A stretch of DNA of 54,885 nucleotides, from positions 1-54,885 of the forward strand of contig CAYLTB010000002.1 in NCBI GenBank assembly GCA_964386675.1, written 5' to 3'. The stretch comes from an uncultured Verrucomicrobiota bacterium (lineage in GTDB: Bacteria > Verrucomicrobiota > Kiritimatiellia > PWTM01). The position numbers were made by a program, and so were the translations under genes. Positions 9,859 through 19,262 of this stretch are shown here, in pieces. Each line of letters opens with the position of its first letter. The stretch's first letter is position 1. The notes under the pieces were generated by a model. It was not told the DNA's origin, searched no databases, and saw nothing but the letters and a program-made list of their open reading frames with translations.

Positions 9859-10078
9859 TTCGGTCCGGCCGGCCGTGGCGGTATTCTGCGCGGAAAACGC
9901 ACCAGGGGCGAGTTTTATTATTGCCGGCGCCGGCCCGCCGCGCGCGGCGGCATCTGGGCAACAGGACGGCGAACAGGTATGCTTTCAAAATGAGTCTTGA
10001 TCATGGCTGTAGGCGCTGAGCAAAGTCGGCCCGACAGCCGCGGGATTGCCGGGATGGGGGCCGACAGGCGAAAGTGCC

Positions 10079-10624
10079 ATGAAGATCGTTTACTCGATAG
10101 TGCTGGCGGCCGGCCTATTGCTGGGCGCTTCCGCCCGTGCGGAATCCGACACGGCGCGGTGGGACTCCGTGGTGCTGCTCGATGTCCAGGGCCTGTTCGG
10201 GGGCCGGGACCTCTGGATCGCCGCAGACGGCAAAGCCGTCTGCCGCATCGTGTCGCCGCCCGGCAGGGGAGAAAAGGGGCTGCAGGAAACGCGCTACGAG
10301 TTCGATCTGTCGGAAGAGCAGCGCGCCGCCCTGAACGAGTTGCTTCGGAAGCACGATTTCTTCTCGATCCGCATCCGGGACCGCCCGGGTGTTCCGGACG
10401 AGGCACGCCCGACGGTCTTCGTGACGTCCGGCGCCCGGAGCCACGCCGTCGGCAAATGGGCCAACGACCGTCACAGGAATTTCGATCCGATATATCAGGC
10501 GTTGCTCGGCATCGCGGACTCCGCGAAGAAAGGCGAACCGGTCCACCGCGGAGCCTGGGATCGGACTTGGTGGCCGGAGGGCTTTCCGGAAAGCGGTCAG
10601 ATTCGGGAAGCCGCCGGAACATAA
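10079..10624 (+). CDS. Hypothetical secreted protein
   Basis: MKIVYSIVLAAGLLLGASARAE signal peptide and protein-like composition. No family recognised. Confidence 0.5.
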   Translation: MKIVYSIVLAAGLLLGASARAESDTARWDSVVLLDVQGLFGGRDLWIAADGKAVCRIVSPPGRGEKGLQETRYEFDLSEEQRAALNELLRKHDFFSIRIRDRPGVPDEARPTVFVTSGARSHAVGKWANDRHRNFDPIYQALLGIADSAKKGEPVHRGAWDRTWWPEGFPESGQIREAAGT

Positions 10625-10717
10625 GACCGGCAGCGGCGGTTGTGGCGGTGAATCGGAAGGAAAGAGAAGGAAACCACGACGAACACGAAAGAGCGCGGGA
10701 AGAAAATCATCGGCGGC

Positions 10718-11053
10718 GTGGTGCACGAGGTGCCGCCGGACCTCGGAGAGCGTCTCGCAGCGGATGGAGCGTTGCTGGCGCTGTGGGAGGATCTCACCCC
10801 GCTGGCGCGCAATGAGTGGATCGGCTGGGTGGAGGACGCCCGGAAGCCGGAAACGCGGCTCCGGCGCATCGGGCGCGTCCGGGCCGATCTCCGAGCGGGC
10901 AAGCGCCGGCCGTGCTGCTGGCCCGGCGGCCGGCACCGGGACCGCGGACGCCGGCCGCCTTCGGCGCCCCAGCATCCAGATGCCCCGCTGCCGGATGATC
11001 GCCCCCGAGTCGAAACGGCCGGCAGGCGGAAGAGGCGGCGGGATCCGTCATGA
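10718..11053 (+). CDS. YdeI/OmpD-associated (OmdA) family protein
   Basis: PPDL...LWEDLTPLARNEWIGWVEDARKPETRLRRIGRV...GKRRPCCWPG matches the characteristic YdeI C-terminal domain. GTG start is uncertain. Confidence 0.65.
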   Translation: MVHEVPPDLGERLAADGALLALWEDLTPLARNEWIGWVEDARKPETRLRRIGRVRADLRAGKRRPCCWPGGRHRDRGRRPPSAPQHPDAPLPDDRPRVETAGRRKRRRDPS

Positions 11054-12654
11054 AGAAACCGAGCCGGAAGCGGATCCATCGTCCGAAGGCGCGCGGAACG
11101 AAGGCCCCAGAGGGCCGCGGTCCGCCGGGCGCGGCATTGACGCCGGAGGAGAGGGCCTTCAACACCTTGTGGGACAGCGTGCCCGACGGAACCGTGTACC
11201 GGTTGGTTCATGCCCCGGACGGGCGGCAACATTTCGAATACGTAAGCGCGGGATTTGAAACCCTGTTTGAGCTGTCGAAGGACCTCGCCCTGCGGGATGC
11301 CGGTCCCCTCTATGCGCGACTTCATCCCCGCGATCGCGACGCGGCGATAACCGCCCAGCGGCGCGCCGCCGACCGCCTCATCCCGTTTCGCCATGAATGC
11401 CGATTCGTTTTGCCCAGTGGAAAGACCCGGTGGATTCGCTGGCATTCGAAACCCGAACGATTGCCGGGGGGCGGTGTGGTCTGGAATGGCGTGGCCCTGG
11501 ATGTCACGGAGCGCAAGGAGGCCGAAGCGCAATTGCGCCAATGGAACGAGACGCTCGAACGGCGGATTGCCGAACGTACCGCGGAATTGCAGGAAAGCGA
11601 AGAGCGCTACCGCGTCGTCGCCAGCAGCATTCCCGGCTACCTGGTCGTACAAGACGAACATCTCCGCTACAGACTGGCGGTGAATCCGCCGTGGGGTTTG
11701 ACCGAGCGCGATATGCTCGGAAAGACGGACCGCGAGATCTTCTCGAAGGCGGACGCCGAGCGAATCGCACGACCCAAACGACAAGTTCTGAGGACGGGCC
11801 GGGCGCGGCGCCTGGAGATCGCCACCACGTCCCAGACCGGCGCCCCGGTGTATTTTGAGGGCGATTATATTCCGAAGTTCAACCGACAGGGCGCCGTGGA
11901 CGGGATCATCGGCTATTTTCGGGACGTGACCTTGCGCAAGCAGGCCGAGGACGCCCTGGCGCAGCGCACCCGTCAACTGACGGCGTTGGCCACCCAAATC
12001 ATTTTGGTCGAGCAGCGCGAACGCCGCCGGCTCGCAGACCAACTGCACGATCATCTCCAGCAGTTGCTCGTCAGCGCCCGCATGGAGGTGCACGCGCTGG
12101 CGTCCACCGGAGCCGCGCGGTACCGTCGCGCCTTGGCGCGTATCTGCAAGACGCTTGACGAGACGCTCAAGGCCGCCCGCAGCATCTCTCATGATCTGGC
12201 GCCGCCCACGGACGTTTACGGGAACGTGTCCGACGCCCTTCGGTGGCTGGTGTCGGACGTTTGGGACCGGCACCAGCTCGAAGTTGCTGTCCGCATCCCG
12301 AACACACCGGTGTCTCTGTCGGAGGCCGATAGCATACTGTTGTTCACGGCGGCGCGGGAATTACTGTTCAACGTGGTCAAACACTCGGGTGTCCGGCGGG
12401 CGACCCTGGAGCTCGCCGATGGCGCCGGCGGGGTGGTTTTGCGGGTCAGCGACCGCGGTTGCGGTTTCGATCCCCAGCGATGGCGGTCGCAGCGCCCTCA
12501 AGGTTTCGGGTTGTTCAGTATCCGCGAGCGCGTGGAATCGTTGGGCGGTGTCTTCGCCTTGAATTCGCGGCCGGGGCGCGGCGTCCGTGTCACGGTGAAG
12601 TTGCCGCTTCGGGAGGACGCGATGCCGGCCCCAACGGGAAAAGCAAAACCCTGA
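11050..12654 (+). CDS. PAS-domain sensor histidine kinase (HisKA_3 / NarX-DegS-type H-box)
   Basis: Two PAS-like segments and a coiled linker. H-box RRRLADQLHDHLQQLL. HATPase_c blocks (LFNVVKHS, DRGCGFD, GFGLFSIRERVESLGG). ATGA overlap with the ydeI-like gene. Confidence 0.85.
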   Translation: MKKPSRKRIHRPKARGTKAPEGRGPPGAALTPEERAFNTLWDSVPDGTVYRLVHAPDGRQHFEYVSAGFETLFELSKDLALRDAGPLYARLHPRDRDAAITAQRRAADRLIPFRHECRFVLPSGKTRWIRWHSKPERLPGGGVVWNGVALDVTERKEAEAQLRQWNETLERRIAERTAELQESEERYRVVASSIPGYLVVQDEHLRYRLAVNPPWGLTERDMLGKTDREIFSKADAERIARPKRQVLRTGRARRLEIATTSQTGAPVYFEGDYIPKFNRQGAVDGIIGYFRDVTLRKQAEDALAQRTRQLTALATQIILVEQRERRRLADQLHDHLQQLLVSARMEVHALASTGAARYRRALARICKTLDETLKAARSISHDLAPPTDVYGNVSDALRWLVSDVWDRHQLEVAVRIPNTPVSLSEADSILLFTAARELLFNVVKHSGVRRATLELADGAGGVVLRVSDRGCGFDPQRWRSQRPQGFGLFSIRERVESLGGVFALNSRPGRGVRVTVKLPLREDAMPAPTGKAKP

Positions 12655-12701
12655 CCCGAATCGCCCTTGACCGCGGCGCTGGTTCGGCGGCGGGTTGTAT
12701 T

Positions 12702-12748
12702 TTCCAAGCCTTGGAAACGCCAGGAGGAAAGGCGTCCAAGGGTTGGAA
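12702..12748. repeat. Double-dyad repeat, copy A (TTCCAAGCCTTGGAA-N17-gTCCAAGGGTTGGAA)
   Basis: Two 6-3-6 inverted repeats, 32 bp start-to-start. Same architecture and orientation as 38354-38399 and 54581-54627. Confidence 0.8.
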
Positions 12749-12783
12749 GGACGGAGGCCGGCGCGGACTTCCGGCCCGCCGCC

Positions 12784-13302
12784 TTACGCCAGCCGGTCCT
12801 CGATCAGGCGGCGGCTGCGCGGGTCAAGGCGGGCGATGTCGTCCACGATGAACGTTCCGCCGGCGTGGTCCTTGAACGTGACGCGGCCGTCTTCGCGCAG
12901 CCGGATGTCCTCGGCGTGCTCGACCTGAAGCTCGAACGGGCCGCGGTCCGTCTCGACGTTCCAAACCATCACGTCGAAGCGGTCGTCCACGGCGTCCACG
13001 CGCGTGATCCGCGGGAAGAACTCCTGCGCGGCCAGCTCCTCGGCGATCAGCGCCGCCGTCGCCGGATCGAGTCCGGCGCGCGTGGCCAGCAGGTGGACTT
13101 CCGCGCCGTCCTTGTCGCGGATCGAGAGGTATTCCTCCGGCGCGGTCCACGGGAAGCAGCGGGCCAGCCGCACCGGGCAGACCGGTTCGGCGCCGGGGCG
13201 GTGAAGCGTCAGCCGCCCGCGCTCGTCGCGGGTCAGCCGGATCGGGCCCGCGGATTCCGCGGGACCGCCGGCGTTCTCGGCGCTGGGGGCGGGGTCGTTC
13301 AT
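12784..13302 (-). CDS. DUF1854 family protein
   Basis: 172 aa. RCFPWTAPEEYLSIRDKDG...FFPRITRV...WNVETDRGP...F.V typical of DUF1854. 4-nt overlap with the upstream ABC exporter. Confidence 0.7.
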   Translation of the reverse strand: MNDPAPSAENAGGPAESAGPIRLTRDERGRLTLHRPGAEPVCPVRLARCFPWTAPEEYLSIRDKDGAEVHLLATRAGLDPATAALIAEELAAQEFFPRITRVDAVDDRFDVMVWNVETDRGPFELQVEHAEDIRLREDGRVTFKDHAGGTFIVDDIARLDPRSRRLIEDRLA

Positions 13303-15542
13303 ACGGCGAAAAGGGCGTGCAGTTCGTTCTGGGTCTTGTGAAGGCCGGCGTAGACGCCGTTGAGGGCGATCAGCTCCTCGTGAGTGCCCTGCTCGACCAG
13401 CCGGCCCTTGTCGAGGATCAACAGCCGGTGCGCGCGGCGCAGCGTGCTCAGGCGGTGCGCGATCGCGAAGGTCGTGCGGCCCCGGACGAGGCGGTCAATG
13501 GCGGCCTGGATCTGACGCTCGGTCTGCGTGTCCACGCTGCTGGTGGCCTCGTCGAAGATCAGCAGGCGCGGATTGTTGATGACCGCGCGCGCGATGCTGA
13601 GGCGCTGGCGCTCGCCGCCGGAGAGGGTCTGGCCGCGTTCGCCGACGAGCGTGTCGTAGCCATCGGGGAAGCCGACAATGAAGTCGTGCGCATTGGCGGC
13701 CTTGGCGGCGGCGATGATGCGCTCGCGCGAGGCGTCGGGGCAGCCGTAGGCGATATTCTGCGCGACGCTGCCGCGGAACAGGTACGGCTCCTGCAGCACG
13801 ACGCCGATCTGGGCGCGCAGCTCATGCAGGTCATAGTCGCGCAGGTCCACGCCGTCGAGCAGGATGCGGCCCTCGAACGGATCGTAGAACCGGCACAGCA
13901 GGTTGATCAGCGTCGTCTTTCCGCTGCCGGAGGCGCCGGCCAGGCCGACGACCGTGCCCGGTTCGACCGTGAAGCTGACGTTCCGGAGCACGCGTTGGAC
14001 GCCGTCGTAGCTGAAGCTGACGTTGTCGAACTCGACGCGCCCGGCCAGCGTGCGCCCGCGGACGGCGCCGGCCTTGGTAAAGATCGTCGGCGGCGTGTCG
14101 AGCACCTCGAAGACGCGGTGGGCGGAGGTGATCGCGCGCTGGAACATCCGGTTCATCTGGCCCAGGTGCTCGATCGGGCCATAGAACATCCAGACGTAAC
14201 CCAGGAACATGACGAATGTGCCCAGCTCGAACGTGCGGTTCAGGATGCGCGGCGCCGCGTAGGTCCAGATGACCAGCGTGCCGAGGTTCAGCAGCAGCGT
14301 CAGCCGCGGCCAGAACCGCGTCCACTCGTCGGTCACCTCCATCGCGTCATCCACGACCGATTGGCTGCGCTCGCGGAACCGCCGCGCCTCGCGCCGCTCC
14401 TGCGTGAAGGCCTTGACGACGCGCGCGCCGGGGATCACGTCGCTGAGGATGCTCGTCATGCGCGACCAGTTCGTCCACAGCCGGCTCAGCAGCCGGTGGA
14501 TGCGCTTCACATGCGCCCACATCAGCAGCAGACCGAGGGGTACCGGCGCGATCGTCAGCGCCGCGAGTGTCGGCTCGCGCAGGAACAGAATGACCGCCAC
14601 GCCGGCCACCGTCACCAGCGAGAGCGCCGAGTCCACGACGCCGAAGGCGATGAAGTCCCAGAGCCGGTCAATGTCGTGCGTAACGCGGCTGATGAGGTTG
14701 CCGGTGGGCTTCTTGGCGTAGTAGTTGAGGTCGAGCTTCTGCAGGTGCTCGAACACCTGCGTGCGGAGGTCGTGCGTCATCAGCTCGCTCAACCGGGCAA
14801 AGCGATTGAGCCGGAGGTATCCGAACAGCAGCCGCGCCGCCGTGACGGCGGCCAGGATGCCGATCAGGGGCCAGAGCCGTTCCGGACGCCGGTGGGGACT
14901 GTCGGTCAGTACATCGTCAATCAGCAGCTTCGTCAGCAGCGGCGGCACCATCTGCAGGAACGTCAGGACGATTGCCGAAGCGAGGCCGACGATCATCAAC
15001 CGCCGGTGGGGCAGCGCGAAGGATAGCAGCCGCCACAGGATGCGGCGCCGGTGCAGGCAGCGCGGGCAGCTGTCGGCCCAGTCGGGAATCAGCTTGCCGC
15101 ACTTGGCGCAGAGCCGCTCGGCGGCCGGGGCCGCGGCGGCGGCCGCCGGCGGCGGGGTTTCCCCGCGGATGAACGCCTCGGCGCGGTGGCACAGCGCGCT
15201 GAAATCCCGCGCCTGCCGCGCGCTGTAGCGCAGTTCCGCTGCCAGCCGGCCGTCGCGCACCACGCGGAACCGGCTGGCGCCGGCGCCCGCCAGGATCTCC
15301 ACCTCGGTTCCGGCGTCCAGCGGGATGCACTGCGGCGGGGCGCCGGCCGGCGCGATGGCCAGCGCGCGGTCGAGGAGGGCGACCCAGGTTTCCGCAAAGC
15401 GGCCGTCCGCCGTTAGGTCGGCCAGCGCGCAGCGATCAGGCGCGGCGTCCGGCGCCCCGAACGCGGCGCGCAGCCGATCGAGGACTTCGGGCGGCAGCTT
15501 CGCGGCCGCGCCGGAGTTCGTTGAGGTTCGCTCGCTGATCAT
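13299..15542 (-). CDS. Fused permease/ATPase ABC exporter (type I, MsbA-like) with a roughly 165-aa N-terminal extension
   Basis: Six-TM exporter domain. Walker A GASGSGKTT, signature LSGGERQRLSIARA, Walker B LLIFDEATSSVD. The N-terminal extension contains CAKCGKLIPDWADSCPRC (zinc-ribbon-like). Confidence 0.9.
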   Translation of the reverse strand: MISERTSTNSGAAAKLPPEVLDRLRAAFGAPDAAPDRCALADLTADGRFAETWVALLDRALAIAPAGAPPQCIPLDAGTEVEILAGAGASRFRVVRDGRLAAELRYSARQARDFSALCHRAEAFIRGETPPPAAAAAAPAAERLCAKCGKLIPDWADSCPRCLHRRRILWRLLSFALPHRRLMIVGLASAIVLTFLQMVPPLLTKLLIDDVLTDSPHRRPERLWPLIGILAAVTAARLLFGYLRLNRFARLSELMTHDLRTQVFEHLQKLDLNYYAKKPTGNLISRVTHDIDRLWDFIAFGVVDSALSLVTVAGVAVILFLREPTLAALTIAPVPLGLLLMWAHVKRIHRLLSRLWTNWSRMTSILSDVIPGARVVKAFTQERREARRFRERSQSVVDDAMEVTDEWTRFWPRLTLLLNLGTLVIWTYAAPRILNRTFELGTFVMFLGYVWMFYGPIEHLGQMNRMFQRAITSAHRVFEVLDTPPTIFTKAGAVRGRTLAGRVEFDNVSFSYDGVQRVLRNVSFTVEPGTVVGLAGASGSGKTTLINLLCRFYDPFEGRILLDGVDLRDYDLHELRAQIGVVLQEPYLFRGSVAQNIAYGCPDASRERIIAAAKAANAHDFIVGFPDGYDTLVGERGQTLSGGERQRLSIARAVINNPRLLIFDEATSSVDTQTERQIQAAIDRLVRGRTTFAIAHRLSTLRRAHRLLILDKGRLVEQGTHEELIALNGVYAGLHKTQNELHALFAV

Positions 15543-15913
15543 GGGCGCAAATCAGCGCCGCATCATCGGCGTCCGCGGGCCCAAAGTCACGCAAGAAGCG
15601 GCTGCCGGCGAACCGCCGCCGGCGTGGGCGAACCGGCCGTTAGGAAGTTGTTGGCGGCGGCGTTGAGACCTGGGCGCGTCGTTCTCGACGCCCTGTTCTG
15701 GATCTGTCTTCGAAGGACGATCCCCGCCCGGGTGGCCTTTTGCCCACTCCCGCAGGGGGACCGGAAACGGAAGAAGAGTGACGGCGTGGTTAGAGTTGCG
15801 CTCGTCGAAGGAACGAGGGATGCGGGGAAGGATGGCGACGATGGGAAGCGATTTTGGAAGAAACCGACGCGAGCCAGGCCCGGCTGAAAAGCCGTGTTTC
15901 GCCGGGTAGACGC

Positions 15914-17314
15914 TTACTTTCCGGCGTCCGTCAACGGAGCCAGGACGACCATCTGCGTTGTGTAGGCCGGCGTGCGCGCCGCCGGCTCCGGCGGAGTGAG
16001 TCGAACCGGCATCGGCTGCACGTCGTTGATTTCCTGGATGACCAGTCGGCGGGTTTGGGATGCCGCGGGCAACCGCAGTCGCCAGGCAATCTCGTTCGGC
16101 GTGGGATTGGCTATTAGTAGCCGAACGGCGCCGTCCGCGTCGCGGCCGGCTAAAAGCCACAGCGCATTCGCTCCGGCGCCGGTTGCGGCAACCTCCAGCC
16201 GCTCGCGGCAGGCCGCCATTTGCGCCCACATCTCAAAGGCATAAGAGGCTTTTTTGCGGCGGTCCGACATGTGGAATAGACCGTACGCACGGGGCCGTTC
16301 ATCCATCGCCGGGTCGGCGCCACGATAGAAGAAGGCCGCCTGGACCCCCGTTTGCTGAAGGCCAATCCATCCGGCCGTCAGAAGGGCAGCGCCTGCCGCT
16401 CCGGCGCGCACCTGAGCAACGGTCATGCCCGCCGGAACGCGGCGCTCGTCGGTGTTGTATTCCGTCACGTGGCTTTCGATTTTCTTCCAGCCACGCCGAT
16501 CCAGCTCAGCGCGAAAATAGCGAGCCGCCTCCACAAAATCTTTCGGATCATTCGAATACAGATGCCACGAGAAGAAATCCCACGGCGTACGGCGTCGCGC
16601 CAGGTCATCAAGAAACGCCGCCAACGCCGCGCGCCCCTTGGGCGCCATCCATCCGGCCATAGTCCAGCCCGGGCCGCCCACCTTCAGCTCCGGCGCTTCC
16701 GATTTAATGGCGCGCACCGTCTCGTCGAAAAAAGGGAAGAATTCCTCTACGGGCGCGTCCCAAAACTGACGCAAGTCGGGCTCGTTCCAGATTTCGATAT
16801 AGCGCAACTTCGGTCCGCACATCTGCCGGTAGTGGCGCACGATTTCCACCGCCGCGCGTATCCATCGAGTGCGATCCGCCGGGATGCGCCGCTTCAAGGG
16901 CGCCCCGCCGTGACCGATTTGCCACGAATCGCCCAGGCGCAGATAAGGCTCAAAACCGCCGTCCAAAATACTGCGCATGGCGCGATCGCTGAGGCCGAAT
17001 TCCAGCGCACCGGGGGAATGCGGGTCTCGGCGGGGATCGGGATACAGGACCGCCATGTCCAGAGGACCATAGAAATCATGCGTGCGTATTTGCGCAACGC
17101 CGACACGTCGAAACGGTTCCGTGAAATCAACCCACTCGCCTTCTCGCGTCAGCACCTGCGGTCCGGCGTTGACACCGCACAATGGTTGAAGCGTGCCTTG
17201 GGGCTCGCCGATTTCGATGACGCATTCCTCGGCCGGAGCGCCCGGCGTTTCTCGGGACACCAGCAAGAGCGCCGCGCCCGCGCATGCCATTACCCTCCTC
17301 GCTCGAGATTCCAT
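15914..17314 (-). CDS. Clan GH-A glycoside hydrolase (GH39-like)
   Basis: Signal peptide, YIEIWNEPD (acid/base NEP motif) and HVTEYN (nucleophile-type motif). Start taken at MESRARR; the 658-aa track ORF runs upstream into the neighbouring gene. Confidence 0.65.
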   Translation of the reverse strand: MESRARRVMACAGAALLLVSRETPGAPAEECVIEIGEPQGTLQPLCGVNAGPQVLTREGEWVDFTEPFRRVGVAQIRTHDFYGPLDMAVLYPDPRRDPHSPGALEFGLSDRAMRSILDGGFEPYLRLGDSWQIGHGGAPLKRRIPADRTRWIRAAVEIVRHYRQMCGPKLRYIEIWNEPDLRQFWDAPVEEFFPFFDETVRAIKSEAPELKVGGPGWTMAGWMAPKGRAALAAFLDDLARRRTPWDFFSWHLYSNDPKDFVEAARYFRAELDRRGWKKIESHVTEYNTDERRVPAGMTVAQVRAGAAGAALLTAGWIGLQQTGVQAAFFYRGADPAMDERPRAYGLFHMSDRRKKASYAFEMWAQMAACRERLEVAATGAGANALWLLAGRDADGAVRLLIANPTPNEIAWRLRLPAASQTRRLVIQEINDVQPMPVRLTPPEPAARTPAYTTQMVVLAPLTDAGK

Positions 17315-17591
17315 GGAGCAGCCTCCGTCGCAGGACTCCGCCACTCTGCGCGTCCGGGCCCGCCGGATCGTGCCATTTCCGTCGAGTATGTGAGACGACG
17401 GCCGGAAAGAAAAGGCAAGACTCAAGCCGCGGGTGTTGTCGAAGACCACCGAACCTCGCCGTCGAGCCGCCTCGGAACGGGCGGCGGCCATCTCCCGGCG
17501 GACGGGCACAAGCGTTGACCGGCTCGGATGCGTGGCCTTCGGAGTCCGCTGCAGGTGTTCCGGCATCCGACGCATGGCGGAGACGTCGGGA

Positions 17592-19262
17592 TTACCGGCC
17601 GCGTTCCCGTGTCGCCAGCCACTCGACGGTCGCTTCCTCGACGCGTTGTTGCAGCGTCCGCCGCTCGGCCAGGCCGATGAAAACGCCGTCGGCGCCGACG
17701 ACCGGCAGCTCATCCGTTCCGGTGCGATCCATGGCGGCGCGGGCTTCGAGCAAGCTGGCATTTTCGTCCAGCACCGCCGTCGCCGGATGGGCCGCGTCGG
17801 CCGCGATGATGCCGGTCCAGAGGTGGGTTTCCGCGAGCAGCGGTCTGAGATCGGCGAGGTGAATGAGGCCGCGCAGGCGGCCGTGCGCATCCACGACGGG
17901 GAGCCGCTCTATCCGGTGGTCGGCAAATGCGCGCAACACATGCCGCAGATCGTGGTGTTCCCTCGCGACCACCGGGTCCGGATCGAGAATGTCCCGAACG
18001 GTCAGCCGCTGCAGCACGTCGCGCTCCGCGGCCGCCGTGTCGTGGTGTTCGGGGGCGACCAGTTCCTCGCGGGCGAGGACGCGGTCGCCCAGCACGCGGA
18101 CGGCCCACGCGCCGACCGGGGCGGTCAGCAGGATACTCAGGGCCGCCACGGCGAGGATCGTTTCGCCGGGACCGGTATTCATGCCGGCCGCCGCCATCGC
18201 CAACAGCGGCGCGCCGCCGATGGCCGCCTGCACGGTGGCCTTGGGGATGTAGGAGACGACGACAAACAGCCGCTCCGCAGCCGTGAAATCGCTACCGAGC
18301 AGGCAGACATAGGCGCCGATGCTGCGCGCCACGAGGGCCAGGGCGATCAGGAGCACGGCCGCGGGTCCGGCTTGGAACGCGACTCCGATATTCACCTTCG
18401 CGCCGACGAGCGCAAAGAGGACGATCTCCGCGAAGACCCAGAGCTTTGAGAGTTTTCGCGAGAGCTCGTGCGCCATCGGCTGGCTCTTTTCGAGGATCAC
18501 GAATCCAATGGCCATCACCGCCAGCAACGCCGCGAATGGAACGATGCCTTCAAGCCGCTGTTCGAGCGTCGTCAGCAGCACCGAAATGCCCAGCACGATC
18601 AGCAGCCGCTTGGTGGCGCGCGGATTGAAGCGGCGGAACAGCACGTAGAGCATCCATCCCACGGCCAACCCGGCGCCGGTGCCCAGCAGAATGGACAGCG
18701 GGATGCCGGCCGCCTTCCAGAACAGGTTGGACTTCTCGCCCGTGTACAACCCGATCAGGCCGCTGTAGACGACGATCACAAAGACGTCGTCCAGGGACGA
18801 GGCGGCCAGAATCAGCGTGGGAATGCCCTTCGCCGTCCCTTTTCGGCGTTCGATGAAATCCAGCATCAGCGGCACGACCACGGCCGGCGACACGGCGGCC
18901 ATCACCGAGCCCAGGATGGCGGATTCCAGGCGGGTCAATCCCAGCAGTCGGGGGCCCAGGAGCGTGATGGCCGCACCCTCGAACACGGCCGGCACAAAGC
19001 TCAACAGCAACGCCCGCATCCCGACCCGTCGGAGCGTGTCCTTGCTTAACTCGAAGCCGGCGCGCAGCAGGATGACAATCAGCGCGAGGCGGCGCAGATC
19101 GGAGGAAACCGCCGACAGTTCCGGTGGCAGCTGGTTCAGCGCGTAAGGCCCCAGTGCGACGCCGACCAGCAGCATGCCGACGAGGCCGGGAATTCGCCAG
19201 CGCCGAAAGAGCCAGTCCACCAGCAGGCAGATCACCATCAATTCCGCGATATTCAGTACCAT
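17592..19262 (-). CDS. CPA1-type cation:proton antiporter (NhaP-like) with C-terminal CBS pair
   Basis: About 12 TM segments with Na+/H+ exchanger-like N-terminus (IPGLVGMLLVGVALGP). The C-terminal roughly 140 aa has two CBS-like repeats (VRDILDPDPVV..., ...IGLAERRTL). Confidence 0.85.
   Translation of the reverse strand: MVLNIAELMVICLLVDWLFRRWRIPGLVGMLLVGVALGPYALNQLPPELSAVSSDLRRLALIVILLRAGFELSKDTLRRVGMRALLLSFVPAVFEGAAITLLGPRLLGLTRLESAILGSVMAAVSPAVVVPLMLDFIERRKGTAKGIPTLILAASSLDDVFVIVVYSGLIGLYTGEKSNLFWKAAGIPLSILLGTGAGLAVGWMLYVLFRRFNPRATKRLLIVLGISVLLTTLEQRLEGIVPFAALLAVMAIGFVILEKSQPMAHELSRKLSKLWVFAEIVLFALVGAKVNIGVAFQAGPAAVLLIALALVARSIGAYVCLLGSDFTAAERLFVVVSYIPKATVQAAIGGAPLLAMAAAGMNTGPGETILAVAALSILLTAPVGAWAVRVLGDRVLAREELVAPEHHDTAAAERDVLQRLTVRDILDPDPVVAREHHDLRHVLRAFADHRIERLPVVDAHGRLRGLIHLADLRPLLAETHLWTGIIAADAAHPATAVLDENASLLEARAAMDRTGTDELPVVGADGVFIGLAERRTLQQRVEEATVEWLATRERGR

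Noticed and set aside
12702-12748. Reading the TTGGAA-containing dyads as sigma-54 (TGGCAC-N5-TTGCW) or ECF-type promoters.
   Set aside because: Neither the GG/GC spacing of sigma-54 promoters nor a -35/-10 geometry fits. The two dyads are 32 bp apart, and copy B ends only 8 nt from a start codon. The symmetric 6-3-6 structure points to a protein-binding dyad or REP-like palindrome instead.
17315-17890. Upstream 192 codons of the 658-aa track ORF for the glycoside hydrolase.
   Set aside because: The extension overlaps the 3' end of the antiporter gene (17592-19262) and is Arg/Ser/Pro-rich. A signal peptide begins at MESRARR (17314), which is the likely true start.
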